DNA from: Phoronis australis
Lineage: Eukaryota > Animalia > Phoronida
Reading direction: 5' to 3'
Assembly (NCBI GenBank): GCA_002633005.1
Contig: NMRA01000305.1
Coordinates: 367,110-431,109 of the forward strand
DNA length: 64,000 nt
Shown: piece after piece, positions 12,248 to 27,200 of the stretch
How positions within the stretch are numbered: the stretch's first letter is position 1
Layout of the letters: each line of letters opens with the position of its first letter
Translations under genes and position numbers: made by a program
Notes under the pieces: generated by a model
The model's database searches: none
Told to the model about the DNA's origin: nothing
The model's input: only the letters and a program-made list of their open reading frames with translations

Positions 12248-15200
12248 GTAAGTTGGATTGTATTGTGCTTTAACATGCACGTACCCAGTCTAAAAATGGG
12301 GGGCTCGAATTTTTGAGAATGTGGACCTTTTTACTAATATTCACGGGGTACGTTCAGAGCCATGAATTGTGCATTCGCCAACTTTTGGTAGTTCCTACCT
12401 TTCTAGTGGACTTTTGTCTCATTTTCTTCTTTTTTGGAGTTTTTGTTTCTCTGAGGCGGACCTTTTTGCCCACTTCGCCAAATGAGGGGCGCATAAATGA
12501 GCCCCCCCCCTAGCCCCCCGGGTGTGCGGATGTTCAACTGTGGTAACTTTAAGTAAATTGTCGAGGGTGTATTCACCAACACTGGTCACTCATGAGGTGA
12601 TCTTGCCATGGAAATAGATATTTTTGCCTTTTTGAATGTTTATAAACAAATGCACAATAATTGGAGTTGAGCCTAGAAAGCACTATTTGTTATATCTGGG
12701 TGTTTTAGGCTGTTAACAAGAACATATTGTTTTCTCCAAATCTAAAAGGAAACATTACAGAGTACCTTTTTAAAGAAATTTCTCGTCCATTTTTCAAATT
12801 TTACTTAATATAAAACGTATTTTGAACTGTTTTAGTAGATTTCTATAAAAGTGAAATGTGAGCTCCTTATTGCAGAAGTGCGCTGCAGTGAGAATATAAC
12901 CCGATTGTGTTTTCTCTTTTTTTTCGACTTAAAGGTTCAGAACACTTACAGAGCATCTAAAGCATGCCAAATTGTTCAAAAATTGCTGAGGAGTTGAAGC
13001 TTTTGAAGAGAGCATAATGTTTATTGCCTGAGCAGAGTTTTGTGCTGTGTCTGAAAATGTGTCGACAAGCTGACCTTATTGAGTTACCGAGCTAAGTTGG
13101 TTTGGATCCTGTTGCAATTGAGTTGGGATAGTAAGATCCCTAGCTCATAAATGTAAGATGTACGATGTCCTTTTCAAGCTACCGAACGTAAACTGTTTAA
13201 TGTCCTTTTCACGCTACCGTACATGCTCTTCACAGGTTGACAAAAATGTCAACAGTAGAATGAATCTCCCAAGAAATTGTTTGCAAAGTAGCAGTTACAT
13301 TTAGTATAGGTGATGTGATTGAGTATAAATGTTCAACGATAAAGAAACTTATTTCAAGCCTCTGAAAGTGAAAACTGTGGAACTGTTTGGGGGAAAATCT
13401 GGTTATTTCACTTTTGAAATATTTCTAGTTCTGAGATGTTAAGAGCATTCACCTCGTACAAACCGTTTGGAAGTTGACATCATGAATTTCTTCTTCATTA
13501 TTCAAGAAAGTTGAAATGCAAGTTTTCTTCACTTGTTTCCCACACAAATAATTTTCAAAATTGTAATTTTCAAAATTTCAAAGGCCCACTGCAAATGATG
13601 GACACTTCACTGGTCAAATGTTGTTTTGTAACTTTCACTCACAATGAACCAAATTTATAATAGACCAACATTTTCGTACTCAATATTTTTGTTGGGAAAT
13701 TGCCCAGACAAAATAAAATTTAACTTATCTGCCTTAATATATGTCCTAAGCATGTCAAGAATTACTGTATTCATGCTGAAGTGCTTCAAATTAACCGTGG
13801 AAGCAATTTTGAGGACTTGTGATTCCTTGAAAAGTCACCAGGTGTCTCTAGTAACCACTGTGCACTCTGTAGGGCATTTGCAGGATGTATTGATTTAGCG
13901 CCCCCTTCCCTCGGGGGCTTGTTGTCACTTGCACACATCTGAAGTTTTACTTTCATAGGAATATTTGATTACCTCAAACAGCATTCTCTATTCAAGCAGA
14001 GCGCTGAGTGCCTCACTGTTATATTTGTACTCCTGATTCAATAGTAACCATGGAAACAGAAAACAAACATACCAGTGGCCACAAACATGGAACAAAGCCA
14101 AGCAATCTGTTTTGCAGCTTTGAACATTTCTGTTTGTTTCAGACTTTCCTTGGCAAATACAAGTATTGGCTTGTCAAACCACTATTCATTTTCCATTGAT
14201 TAGAGCGTGTTGGCAATTGGCTCCAAGTCCCCATTATTGATTTCAGTCACTGTTTGTGTTGCCAAACAGCGTTATGTGAAGGAAACATCTAATGGCCCAA
14301 TTTCCCGACACCAAAATCAAACCATTTCCTACTGAAACGTTGGTGTTTGTGTATGTTATTGGTCAATGCTTCGGTACAAATTGTGTGGGTTCAGTAAAGT
14401 GAAACCTGCCTCTAAATAGGAAAATTTTGTTAATTGCGTTTAACGTTTGTTTGGAAGAATACATTATTACAGAAGTTTAAGAAGTTCTCTCACTGTGAGA
14501 GCCTTTTGCAGAATATTACCTTTCAGGTAGTGGAATGTATGCTCGTTTACATACTGAATATTTTATGGAATTTAAGCCTAGTACTGGAAACTCATCTCTG
14601 TGACAGTTTTTTTGCTTTGTACTTGGATTAAACCAGGGTCCCCCATCTCTTGAGAAAAAATCCCTATCGAAGGCACAGGCAACTTTTTTCTTAGGTGAGC
14701 GAGGGCCACAGAACACATTTTATTCATGAAAATTTGCTGAGAAATACTTTTTGCTCAACATTTGGGAATTTAAAATTTGTGTGCGTGAGTATCATTCAGT
14801 TAGTTCATTTCTTATTGATTTGAAGTGAGGTTTGTGCAGTAGAAATGATCGAACTCTATTGAATTGCTCTTCCGGTTATGAGAAGACTTGAATATAACAG
14901 AGTTAATTAGTTTTTCAAATAATTTATCTTAATTACACTTCTTAAGTAATAATGCATGGCCAAGCTTACTTTGAAACAATTGTACCTTGGTATGGCTTTG
15001 ATTTTCATGACACGCCCAAAGTGTTTGTGGTTCTTATCATTTACATCTTGTAAACTCTATGCACTATTCTGGGGAACACCATGTATGACTTCAATGTGCC
15101 AACTAACCCTCGCCTCTTGTTAATACTGAATAGCCCATTGAAGGTGGGTTTTCAATGGCTACAGCCAGTCATTGTCCTGGAGCATAGTAACTATTTCACC

Positions 15201-18200
15201 TATTCAACCCCAAATGGTAAATTGCTTTAATAGTCTCTACTGCTACATCACCTACCAGCACTGGCTTTTACTATATTGATTCTCACCTGAGACATAATTG
15301 CTCTAAATTTGTCAGGTACAAATTAACTGCTCAGGGACATTTCATACCCACATAGTTGTTCCAGGGTGATTATAACATTCTTTTACATCCTGGAGTATCA
15401 AACCCTGAGGGGGGCACTTTGGTGGGTGAGGGGTGTATGAGGTGTGCCAGTGCTGTTCAGATGAGTGACTTTTTCATGACCAGGTTCCCTACACAAAGGC
15501 ACCTTTTTCTATGAAAGTGCTTGCGAAAGGGCTGTCCTACCTTATGACCTGGAAATTACGAAGGCTCCATTTTTGCTATTTACAAGACATGATACATATA
15601 GATGGGTATGTAAGATGTTTTGACTCATGTTCAGAAACCTCTTGTTCACAAGTGTTAGCCATTTTATATTTTGGTTGAAGTCGCCTCATTCTCTGTGACA
15701 ATGCTTTTTGGGAATTTATTTGAAATTTCAGTTTCATCGTAATACAGTGCCCTTTGTGCGGACAAATACTAGTGCTTTGCATTGTCGTTGTACTAGAAGA
15801 TTCATTGTTGTATCGTAAAATGTATTTTCGCTTGTGGTCAGCAAATCTTCGTCTGTTGAGCACATGACGGTGCACAAGTGGAATTTTATTTTCCCTTTAA
15901 AATTTGTCATCAAAAATAAACAAAATGGTTACTTAAGTTACTGTTAAAACAACACTAATTGAAATTTGAATCGCTAATAGTTAAAGCTTTGCAAAATACA
16001 GAAGGCAATTTTGCCATTTGGTTATGTGCAAACTGATTGATGAATTGCTGAGTCTGCTGACAGAAGACACCTGAATCTTGTTTTTCCTGTTTAGTTTCCA
16101 TGGCGATGGTGAGGTACTGGTGTGTATTATTCAGTTCAGTATGGTCGAATTAGGAGTGTCAAACATTCAATATATTTGATTTATCCCCTGATTTTGCTAC
16201 AAACACAACGCCATCTGGAGGCAGATAGACTATGAGGAATCAGGTGCTATAAAATGGAAAATTGGGTTTGCGGAGCTCGGTGTGTCTGTCCGTTTCTGTG
16301 CATGAACTGTTGTAAACGGCTCAACAAAAGGCGCGCAACTTTGTTTTGCATTTACTTCCAATGGGCAAACAGGAATGACCAACGGTGACTGTTGGGTTGC
16401 GAGTGGATGCGGAATCAAAATGTGGGCCCTTTGCCACACCGTTTGCATCATTTTCTGCCATGTCACGAGTAGAAAGAGGCTGAGAATAGTAACACGGACA
16501 TACATCCAAGTCAACCATGGATTTGTAAAGGGCCTTTCATGCTAACGTCGACACGTCGATGATTTGGGGAGTTGCTGTCATGCTGTCGGTATGAACGCTT
16601 AACTCCGGTCCTGGATCGAAGTTGACACTTCCAGTTAACATCGCACTTAACTGGAGAATTTAATAGCGCAGTGCCGACGCTGCGGTGCAGTATGAACGCT
16701 TAACTTCAGTTCAATCGAAGTTATCGCCACTAGGTGCCACTGATATCGTCAACAGTTACAGGGTAGTGTCGTACATAATAGCTGCTTATATTTTGCTCTA
16801 ATAACAACTAATCGATTTAAAAATAAGTTTGATGTCATTTAGCACATGTAAAGGTTCTCAAATTGTCTCATTGAAAAAATTTTAGCGTGCAGCGCTACCT
16901 TGCGATAACTTCGATGACGACAGCGTCACCAACCGTTTACTTCGATGTTCATTAACTACTGAAGCCAGTATGAACGGTCCAGTTAACTGCGCTGTTTACG
17001 TCGACGGTTCAGACCGGAGTTAAGTCAATATGAAAGGGCCTTAAGATTGCTTTCTCTTTTAACAAATGAGGAGTCGTCAGCCGCTGTTATTAGTTTGCAG
17101 GAAGAGGAGTTGGGATGTATAATCGTTGCTATATTTCTGTTACTGATTAGCGTGTGCTAAACATTTTGTTTTAGTGTTTGTGTTACATAGGCAGTGCTGT
17201 GTATTTCTGTTACTGATTAGTGCGTGTTAAACATTTTGTTTTAGCGTTTGTGTTACATCTGCAGTGTTGTGTATTTCTGTTGCTGTTGTTGTTGACACAC
17301 ACAGGTGTGTAACATCTTCGTCCTTATGGTTATGTGGGACTCTATAAAAATGTCCAAATTTGGCTTATCGGTACTTGATATGTCATAAATGACAATAGGT
17401 GTCACGTGAAATATTCAGTTACTGCGGTTTATTCATTGTTCACTGATTGTTTTTAGGAGTTGTCTTTATAATGTTTCACTTTTGCATGAGGTGCTGTCAA
17501 AAACAGGACTTAGGTGATTTTCATCAAAAATACAGATGCATAAAATCAAAACGAAATGATAATTTAGAAAACTGTTTCATGAATGTCCGTTTCAAACGAA
17601 AATTGGTCATGTGGTGTTATTGGTACTGTTTTGCTGTGACTGTATCTTTCGTTTTTAATGAATTTTACTAAAACGCTTGGTCACGTGACCAATGTACTGG
17701 CAGATTGTTATAAAGCTAAAAATCAAATTGTACAGAAAATGTTTTCTTTCACGGAGTGGAAGTCAACGGTTTTGTTGATACTTGGTGAAATGCACTGACT
17801 TGTGGATAAGGTCCCACAGTGCTTATTATTGAATATCAGTGGGTCTCTCAAGCCACATTTACTGTAGTCACGGAGCACCTAACATGGAACAGTTGATCAG
17901 GAGCAAGTTGACACCGCGGCGGCCATTTTTGACACCAGTTTGATCGGCAGAGCGAATTGCACTCAGCTTCTCCAGGTTCAGTTAAACATCTGAACACAAA
18001 CTGGGTCAAGGCGGAAGAAATCATATTCGTTACGCTTGCGTAATACGAGTGATTCGCTGGCATTCCACATGGTTTGGATGTTCGCTTTTGTTTATGCAAG
18101 CTTGTGCACAGTATTAGTGTAAATGACTCATGCTGATCCAGTTTTGTCATCTAATGTTGTGTAAATGAGTGTAAAGTAGAGAGTAGGTCGCACAGTGACA

Positions 18201-21200
18201 ACTCGCATCATGACAACTGTTCCCCTTCTCCCCTTCCCCCCCTCCCCCCGTGTAAAAACAGCTTATGTGTCAAGTTATTTTTGATTGATATTTGCAATTA
18301 ATGCAGAGAGAATTGAATATTTATGGAAGAACTATTGCCTGTTGTGAAAACGTGAAAACACGATTCTGAGTTCTGTCATCGAGTAGTGTAAGTGCTCTTG
18401 GCCAACCAGCTGAGAACATGGAGAGTGACCATATGACCAAGTTTGTATGACAAATAAAGGCCACAACAGCTGATTATACAAACTTCAGAGTTGATTGTAT
18501 GAAATTGATTGAACAACCAAACATTCCCAATTGCCCTTGTGCAAACTTGCCAAAATAAGGCTACGGATCCAGTAAACAGTTTCCCTGTTCCAATATTAAA
18601 GTACCTTACCTCATGTTGGTGAAATGCTCCGCTCTCACTCCGCTCTCGCTCCGTTCCATTGAGCAAATGACTGTGTCACTGAACATTTTCTTACATAGGA
18701 CATCTGTTTCACCTCACGTTTGCAAGATCTTTAGATATCCCACATGATGGTTGAATTGGAGAGAAAACGGTGTTCAGACCTAATTAACATAATAAAAAGA
18801 AATGCGTATTGCTAGAATGAATGATGGGGCTTTGCATTGACATTTTCTGAGATACAAACTGACCTGAATTAGGAGAGGCAAGAAATTCCGACCAAGGATC
18901 CTCGTATGGAGTGAGGGACAGTGTATAATTTTTTTAGAGGAGGCAGTGTGGCCTAGTGGGAGTGAGTGTCCACAACCTCTACTCAAGGTTTTGGGTTCGA
19001 GTCTCACTGGGGACGTACCACTAGACCCTTGAGTAAGGTCTCTAGCTTGTCAGCTTGGTTTTAGCTATATCTTAGTAAAGTGTAAAAATGGGTATATGTG
19101 ATTAGTGCTATGGACCCACTTGAGCGGCCTTTGCATGTCTGGTACAACGCGTATCGGACCGCCTGCAATTTTTATGTATTATTTTTCAAAATGATTGTGC
19201 ATGTGCAAAATGAGGCGAGTATGCGAAATAAGGGGAGGTTTACCGTAATTTGGGTTTCAAAGTGAATCGTGGTGCATTTCAGAACCAACTATGCTTCACT
19301 TTGCACTTATTTGGTGTTACTTATCTTGAAGGAAAATGAGAAAAGTAAAAAAAAAATCACTTGCCTGCTATGTTGTGTACTAAATCACCAAGATTTTACC
19401 ATATAATAAATTATTAATGAATACGATTTCGCTCTTCACAAATCTCAATTCAAAGCTTAGGACTGCTAATCCTTTGCTCTCAATGCCAGATGTCTTGATG
19501 CATGGTAGCAAGTTCTCAAGTTCTAAAGACCTCGTGGACACTGAAAAGTACACTGTTAAGAAATAACTCCAGTTTAAAAGACCTGAACAGTGAAAACCTA
19601 TCAAATCAGAATTGACTGGCATTTCAAAGACCTCGTGAAGATTGAAAAACTACCCATTAGGATTAACTCGCATTCAAAACATCTAATGAACACTGAAAAT
19701 CTATCAAATCAGAAGTGAGTTGCTTTTGAAGTACCTCATGAACATGAAACATACTGCACCTTGCCATATCCATACAAGGTCCAATATTTGGCCACTTGCA
19801 AAATGCAACATTAGATTTCCAGTAGTGACTTCAGTTATAATCACACTGGGTTATGACAATGTGTTGTGTGCAGTCAAAATAAGGACATTATGTTATTAAT
19901 GCATGGTAACCACAATTGGGGAAAATCTTATAATATCATTATTGACCAACCACAGCTTCAGTTCTTTTTTATGACATCACACAAAAATACTTTTTTGGAA
20001 GAGGAGTTTCATAACCTCTGCACAGAACAACAACGTCATTGCGATTTTGATTTTTTTCCTGAGAATTCTGTTCAGGTGATCTGCAGTCAGAAAAAAATAA
20101 CATATTTAATGCAATAGTTGAACTGTAATGCCGTCTTCGAAGCAATTCACAACAAATTTCTGAAACAATATTACCTTCAAAATGGCAAAATTTCAACTTG
20201 CCGTGGCTCGTTTTAAAGACCAACATTAAGTGCTGCTTTGAAACGAGACACTTCTTGACCATCTGCGAAAATGAATTTTTTTTTGAGAGTTCAACTTTGA
20301 AATGGTGACCCAGTATTTACCCAGCATGCTAGTTGTTGTCAGGGACGTTGCTTATTTTTTCATGCTTGTATTCAGGTTAAAATTCCACGGGTGAATAGTT
20401 TGAACTCCAAGCTGTCTGTATACTGTCATACATCTCATTGATTGTATTGAGATACCATGTTATCTCATGGTTACCTGTCCAGTAACCCCCTGCCTCAGGG
20501 CTGTCCATGCTCTTCCTAAATATTACAAAGAAATGTTTGCTCTCCTGATGAGATTTAGATCAAGATTAAACACAGGAGTGATTTGGTCTCTAGGGATGTG
20601 TTGTCTGGGGTATTTCTAGAGTTAACCTGGGGCTGTAGATGTAGTGGCCGTTAAATTCACCGTTGGTGAGTTTTGATGGAAGGGAGACAGACCGGGAAGA
20701 GAAAAAGGCGGGCCACAATTAAGGTGATGTTTCTCACTAAGTGTTATCCTAACATCTGGTTATAATTATAGCATCTCTATACCCTCCTTCTATTTAGAAA
20801 AACGCACTGGCCAGGTACCGTAGCATTTATGAAATTCGTCTTAATTTGTTTCTCAGTCAAAAAAGTTGTGATTTCTGGGACTGGACAGAACTGACAGTTC
20901 GTTATTGATTGAGAACAGGGTTCACAAGTATACTTGTCACTGTGTGTTATGTTATTCACCGAGCATGGTCTCAAGGAGTAACGAACTGCCGGTTCTTTGG
21001 AAGACCAAAAAGTCACTTCTTTGTGTGTTCTCGCGATGGCGTAGCACGGTGTACAAAAGCTACTTCACGTTTCATTTGGTGACCAAACGTTTGAGTGATT
21101 AAATCACGTTTTCTGATGTTGCTAAAGTGTCATATTGGAATCAAATCTGGTCTGATGGACTGTTTAATTCCTACCACCTGGTATCAACAATTACATTTTA

Positions 21201-24200
21201 TTATTGCTAAGGTGTTGTTTAGACTATCAGGGTAGCCACATACAATAGCAAAAATTCGTTCAAGGAATACATTGAAGTCTTTTTTATTATTTGAATTGTT
21301 AGAACAGAAATTCGTTGCTGGCTGTCATGGGAGCGTTCGAGAGACATCAGTCTTGCGCGACAACCTGAGCAGGACTGCGTTCCGGAGACATAAAAATCTT
21401 ATGAAATTGTGTGATTACATGACACTTTGCGAGACTTTGCGAGACTTTGCAAAACTTCACTACATACCACTGTGCATTGCAAGCATACCTTATGAGTACA
21501 CTAGCTCTACTTGTGAGAGAGTTGTCTATACAATGTTGAGCTTGTCCTGCCCTGTAATTCTTTCAATATTTTACTCTGAAAAACCTGAATGGAATCTTAA
21601 ATTTGAATTAAAATGTGAGAGTGTTGATCAGTCATGTGTCAATCTGTGCCACAGCACTTTTGTTTCTTATCAGGGGTCATGTTGATTCATGCAATCATAA
21701 ATAATTGGTATAAACTTTTGTTGAGTGCCTTTGGGAATTGTGTACTAGGTGAACCTAATTTCCTTGATAACCTTAAAACAGAATTCTTGAAAACATACCT
21801 TCATCAAAAAATTAGATGTTTCTAAAGGAACATTCTTATTTCAGTAGTATTTTTTGTAATTACCGAAAATCGAAAGGGAATTCCATCAAATATGAGCCCA
21901 ACTATGGTTACTGACCTACTTTCATGCGTACGCACGCCGGGTGTGGCACCAATTAGTTATCATTATAAATGACATATTACTAAGCTGTCCTTATTGAAAA
22001 ATATTATGTAGAAATTGAAAACACAAAGCTATCGAGTTTAAAGGGGATGGTACCCTTTATCAAGGACTTTGAGTCAATTTGGCATATTTTAACGCCCATC
22101 TCCCCAAAATTTTTTTGAATTTCGTCTTCTCCAATTGGTATGATCAAGAGTGCTGGTATCTGTGAATACTTGTCTCGAGAGCATTTTCACGCCCAAAACG
22201 TTACCTACTTCCTTTCTGTTGGGTAATAAACAGACATCTGCAACGTGACCTTCCGGGCGGTATAATGCTCACATTTTACTGATGGACACATAGATTGGTT
22301 CTTTTGTCTCACATGCATCCTGATGTCATTGTGCTTGTGTTTGCAAAGGTGGTGAAGGCACTTGCTTAAGCGATTCAACTTTTTTGGTAAACCCTCATGC
22401 CTCACTTCTCAAAATTTTTTAAACACCCTTTTCTTAATAGCAACCCCCTGAGTTTTGAATTTCACAATTTAATTGACTGGGGTGTTAATCCAAACGAATT
22501 CAATACTAAAAAGGTATTCTGAACTTGTTCATATGATTTCTATGTAAGTGAAATGTAGCAGTTTCTCAAATTGGAGGTGGTATACTGTGACCTTCTCAAA
22601 GCTTCAACTAGTTCGCGTAAGCTATGTTCTTTCATTTTTTCATTTATGATAAGTGTTCAGTGTTTTCTACATCTGGAAGTTCCAACTCCATAATAAATAC
22701 ATTGGACTGGTGCCAAAAGTCCAAAATGTCCTGCCTTACTAATCTCCAAATACTTAAACTCTCGGGATAAGTTTTGAAGCTCAATGCAAGTGAGCCAAAC
22801 TTGTCGCGGCAAAATTCAAACTTGACATAGTGACGAGTCAAACAGGTTGTGGGGAACACTGCTGCAGATTTTCAATCCTAGCGGTGTTACATAACAATTT
22901 GCCTTGACTTAATCAATGATACCAGAAACCAGTAATTAAACTAACACAACATCATTCAACCAATCACTGTTTGTATTTTGCTGGCTTTCTCATAGTGTCT
23001 TGCTTACTGTTTGAATAACTGTTGCGTAACATGGGTTTTTGTAAAAATACATTCCAAAGTATGTAAGGAATGCCAAATTCAGCAAAAATGCAGGTAACAT
23101 TCCTGTTTGAACTTTACTGCTCATGGACGTACTGCTGGGCAAAAACACGTCTGACATGAAAAGTTGTTTTTGTTTTACTGACAAGTCAAGCAGGGGAGTT
23201 CTGTGTTAGTTGTGGTGCCTTTCTGTTCTACCTGAGAGAATCCAATACTGAATTCTATATGTTCTCTTTGGTTGAACCCTGTAACATCAGTGGAAAAGGA
23301 GTTTAGCTGCTTCTGCTTTATTGTCAGTCCGGACTAGTTTGTGATTGGAACATATTTCAGTGTGACAACTTACCGTCACAAATTGGCACAAACTACCATC
23401 ACAAATTGTCACAACCTACCGTCACAAATTGTCACAACCTACCGTCACAAATTGTCACAACCTACCGGCACAAATTGTCACGTTTCACATTTGACTAGAC
23501 TATTATTCCATGGTCCTATCTTGAAAGCTTTGCCTACTAAACACTAGATGTCACTATAGTGCCGTTTACACTTACAAAGTTGACACGGATCAGCTGACAT
23601 GGAACAAGTTGTTCCAGTGTGTGAACAGACTGACATGGAGCAAATTGACTCCGCGGTGACAAATTTTTGCCACCTGTTTGTGAGGTAGAGCAATTTGCGT
23701 TCGAACATCTTGCGCCGTGTCAATTATAAGTCTGAACGCGAAACTGGAGCAAGGCGGAAAGGATCATCTCTACTGCGCTTGTGCAATGACCTACGTTCCG
23801 GTTCTTTGTCTCTGCAGCTCTCGTCATTTGTAAACCTGCGCATGTGCGATCCAGTCTCTGCAGCCTTTAATTTCTGTCTTGCCACGGTTAGTGAGTTGTG
23901 TGTGTAAACGGCCGCTTGACATGGGTCAATTTGCTCGTGTCAGTTGCGCCGGGCCAAAAGTTGATGTCTAAATGGGACTTATGCTGTTGTGATCTTCTCA
24001 ATTGAGAACACCTTGAATCACTGACTCGCTCCAGGTGCTGATTAGAACCTCGGTTTCATCTGGTATCCAGTTACCCCTTCTATTCTTGTTTCGATGCTTT
24101 GAGACATGTTTACTTTTAAGTTGTACATTAAGCAGCTGATTACGACGTGCGCGAAATGGCAGGAAGAAGTCCGCACTCGCGTGAAGTTGCGAGACAATTC

Positions 24201-27200
24201 AGGGCGGCTGTGAAAAATATGAATGAAACCTTTTGCATTACACTTACGTGTTCATAATAACTTTGGTCCACTTACTGGTCCGGTCTTTTTAAGCACACTA
24301 ACTTTAATATGGGCCAAAATTTAGACCGATCTAAATCACCTTTTGCATTGGTTCTAAAATTGTGTGGTTGAGAAAGAATCGGTTTACCTAGTTTACCATT
24401 CTAAATAAGTAGTGCGAAAGGCCCTTTTATTTGATCTGTTGTGTACAAAAACAGTCGCTACAATGTTGTAATTTTCTGTTTTCAACAGCTGATTGATTTG
24501 GTGTGAGTAACAGAGACTGCCACGTGTTTTTTATGACATCTGCACAGTACAAACATAGCTACTGAAATTAGTTATTTTGGTAACACGTGCTAACAGGTTC
24601 AAATAAACTAATACAATATTTGAAAAATATCGCTCAGACTATTAAGCTTATAAGTCATTGTTATCAATTAAACCAATAAACATAGTCAGCATTTCAAAAA
24701 TGCATTATGGGTAAAAACCGTTGGCCACTAACAAGTTAACTTGTAGCCCAGATGTGTTACTTCGATTTCTTGGCAGGAATGTCATCATTTGCATTTATCT
24801 TTAGGTACTGAAATAAAATGTAAGAAAAAAAAACATGCTCAACCTTTATTTTGGTGAGATATTTGGCAAAAAAATTCATTTGTTGGCCCTATTCTGCTAT
24901 AAATTGGTGGAAAATTCCCACAATCGCTGAAAAGGCAGTATCCTGACCCTATGTCAAGTGCTCATGGAATTGTTGGGTAATGGTGTACGTAATGAGCTAA
25001 AACTGAGAAAATGTAATTGTCAATTAACATACATCAGAATAGCTTTCCAGTTGATACTAATTAGGGTCGTGCACAACTGGCTTATTTTCTAATGCTTGTT
25101 GATGAAACTGGCTTATTGTCTGAACACAGCATTTGGTGTATTACCATAAAAATTCCTCATGTTGGATTGTCTCTAAAATTTGGTACACCGAAATTCGAGC
25201 CAAAATTGTTTTTCCTTATTCTGAAGATTCTTACAGGGGTAAATTTGGTGTTTGCCCTATTTTCTCTCATTATTGGACTCTGTGTTTTGAATCGGCAAAG
25301 TCTGAAATACAACCATGGAGAATAGCCGTGGACGCAACAGAATTCTGACTGGGTTTCATGTTGTCTTTCTCTCGTAATTCTGGAATTTGAGACGGCCAGT
25401 ATTGCCTACTTCTAAACTCCACTTCATAAGAGCATTTATGCCGCACATTTTTGTTGTGCATAGCATGCACTGCAGATTGCCTTATTGAGCTCACCTCATT
25501 GAATAGTAGTATGGTTGCAATGGTTAATTTATGTCCTGCTTTACTGTGTGTTCAAGCTGATTGACAACCTGTTCTCACTTGACTGTTTTTTACCCTAATT
25601 GACACCAGCATCAGGGCTGCTTGAACATATTGGCAGAATACAACTAGTCACTACAAACTCGATGTTGATTTCTGCATGAGCTGTGGGTGACCAGCCTGCT
25701 TCAGTGTGCAATGCATGAATCCACAGTGTTGGTACCCTTAACTTAGTGTTGTTGAATTGTTTTCTCTGATGTTTTTGTGGTGAATCCTTAATGAAGACGT
25801 GTTTATTTCTTACCCATGAGGCTCAGCTGTTCACCAATAGTTCACTCCTGAAGAAATCGCGCAAAATACTAATTGTTGGTTATGACCAATACCCTTCACA
25901 GCAAAATGACTGCCTATGAACCATCATTACAAAAAATTTGAATGACAGAGAAACGTTTCCACTTAACCAACCTTCTGGCAAAGTCATTCTCTTCCATTCA
26001 CGGTCACGTTGGAATGCTGCTGTATCACGAATTTGTCATGTGTCCTGTTGTCATGATGGTGAAGTTCTGGACCATTTTGTTTTTGTGAATCCTTTTGGCA
26101 TGTCGTACAGCATCCTCTGTTCTCCATCACTAGTTGCCATGGTGACCAGGGCTGAATTGTTTAGAAGATATAAGAAACGAAAACGCAAGATCACGCAAAC
26201 GCAAGATCACGCAAACGCAAGATCACGCAAACGCAAGATCACGCAAGATTTCGTGAAATATTACCTAGTAATGGAACAGAAGCACTCGATCACGCCAGCC
26301 TTTTCAGCAAGTGGCTTGCATCTATGCAGTGCTCTCAAGGTGTAGATTTGTGTAATCGTGCAAATACAGGGGGTCAGACACTGTCTTCACAGGGTTAATA
26401 AAACCCAGGTTGAGGTCAAACATGCCTGGTGAAGATGGCTTACCAGTTATTGTCTCACTTTGACTTTGAGGTCATGGTCATATTTGTCCTTGAAACTTCT
26501 GGTTGACATTGATGGTGTGTAAATTTTGGCAGCCTGCCATCATCAAGTTATACATAGTAATTTGATATTGATTGGTATGAGCTTGCCTCAGGACCAGGTT
26601 TTCACTTGAGCAGAACAGCTAGACCACATTGCAGTGATATCAGACTAGTGTTACCTACCTGCGGTTCTTTTCTGCTTAGTGTATGTCTATGAGTGCCATT
26701 ACCCCTTCATCTTTACACCTGTCAGTTCAAGACACGGCCTACTTTGTTCACTGGTTGGCTTATGTTTCTTCATACACTGTGGTCTGGTGTGGTCAGGTTC
26801 TCAGCAGATCAAGGTGATGTACTGCTTTTCTTGTTGTGTTTGGGTTGTCTTTAGATGAAATCTTGCCTGGGCTTTCATTAACATATACCAGTGGGTGGTT
26901 TTATTACTCGTTTTGCCATGCTATCTTGCCAAGCAGTGTAATGGGAAATGGTCGTCTTGGATCTGCTGCAGTGTTGTTGTACTTAAAGAAATGAGTATGT
27001 TTTTCAAATTATCCTGTTCATGGTACGGCAGTCTCTAAAATTTAGCACGCCCAAATTCAAGCCAAAATTGAATTTTCTCGATTCTGAAGGCAGTTTTGGC
27101 GTTGCTCGTATTTCTCAAGTATCGGACATAGCATTTTGTTTGAAAGCTACTGTAGGTTAGAGACTGGTTCGTTCATTTATTTCCTGCTGTGTGCAGAGAG

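Noticed and set aside
12245-12256. RVxF-like KVSW motif after the SILK array in the read-through ORF
   Set aside because: KVS is simply the AAG|GTAAGT donor consensus; it is absent from the spliced protein unless intron retention is shown.
18939-19010. Possible tRNA gene
   Set aside because: A and B boxes are present, but there is no convincing cloverleaf or acceptor stem and SINE-like sequence follows.
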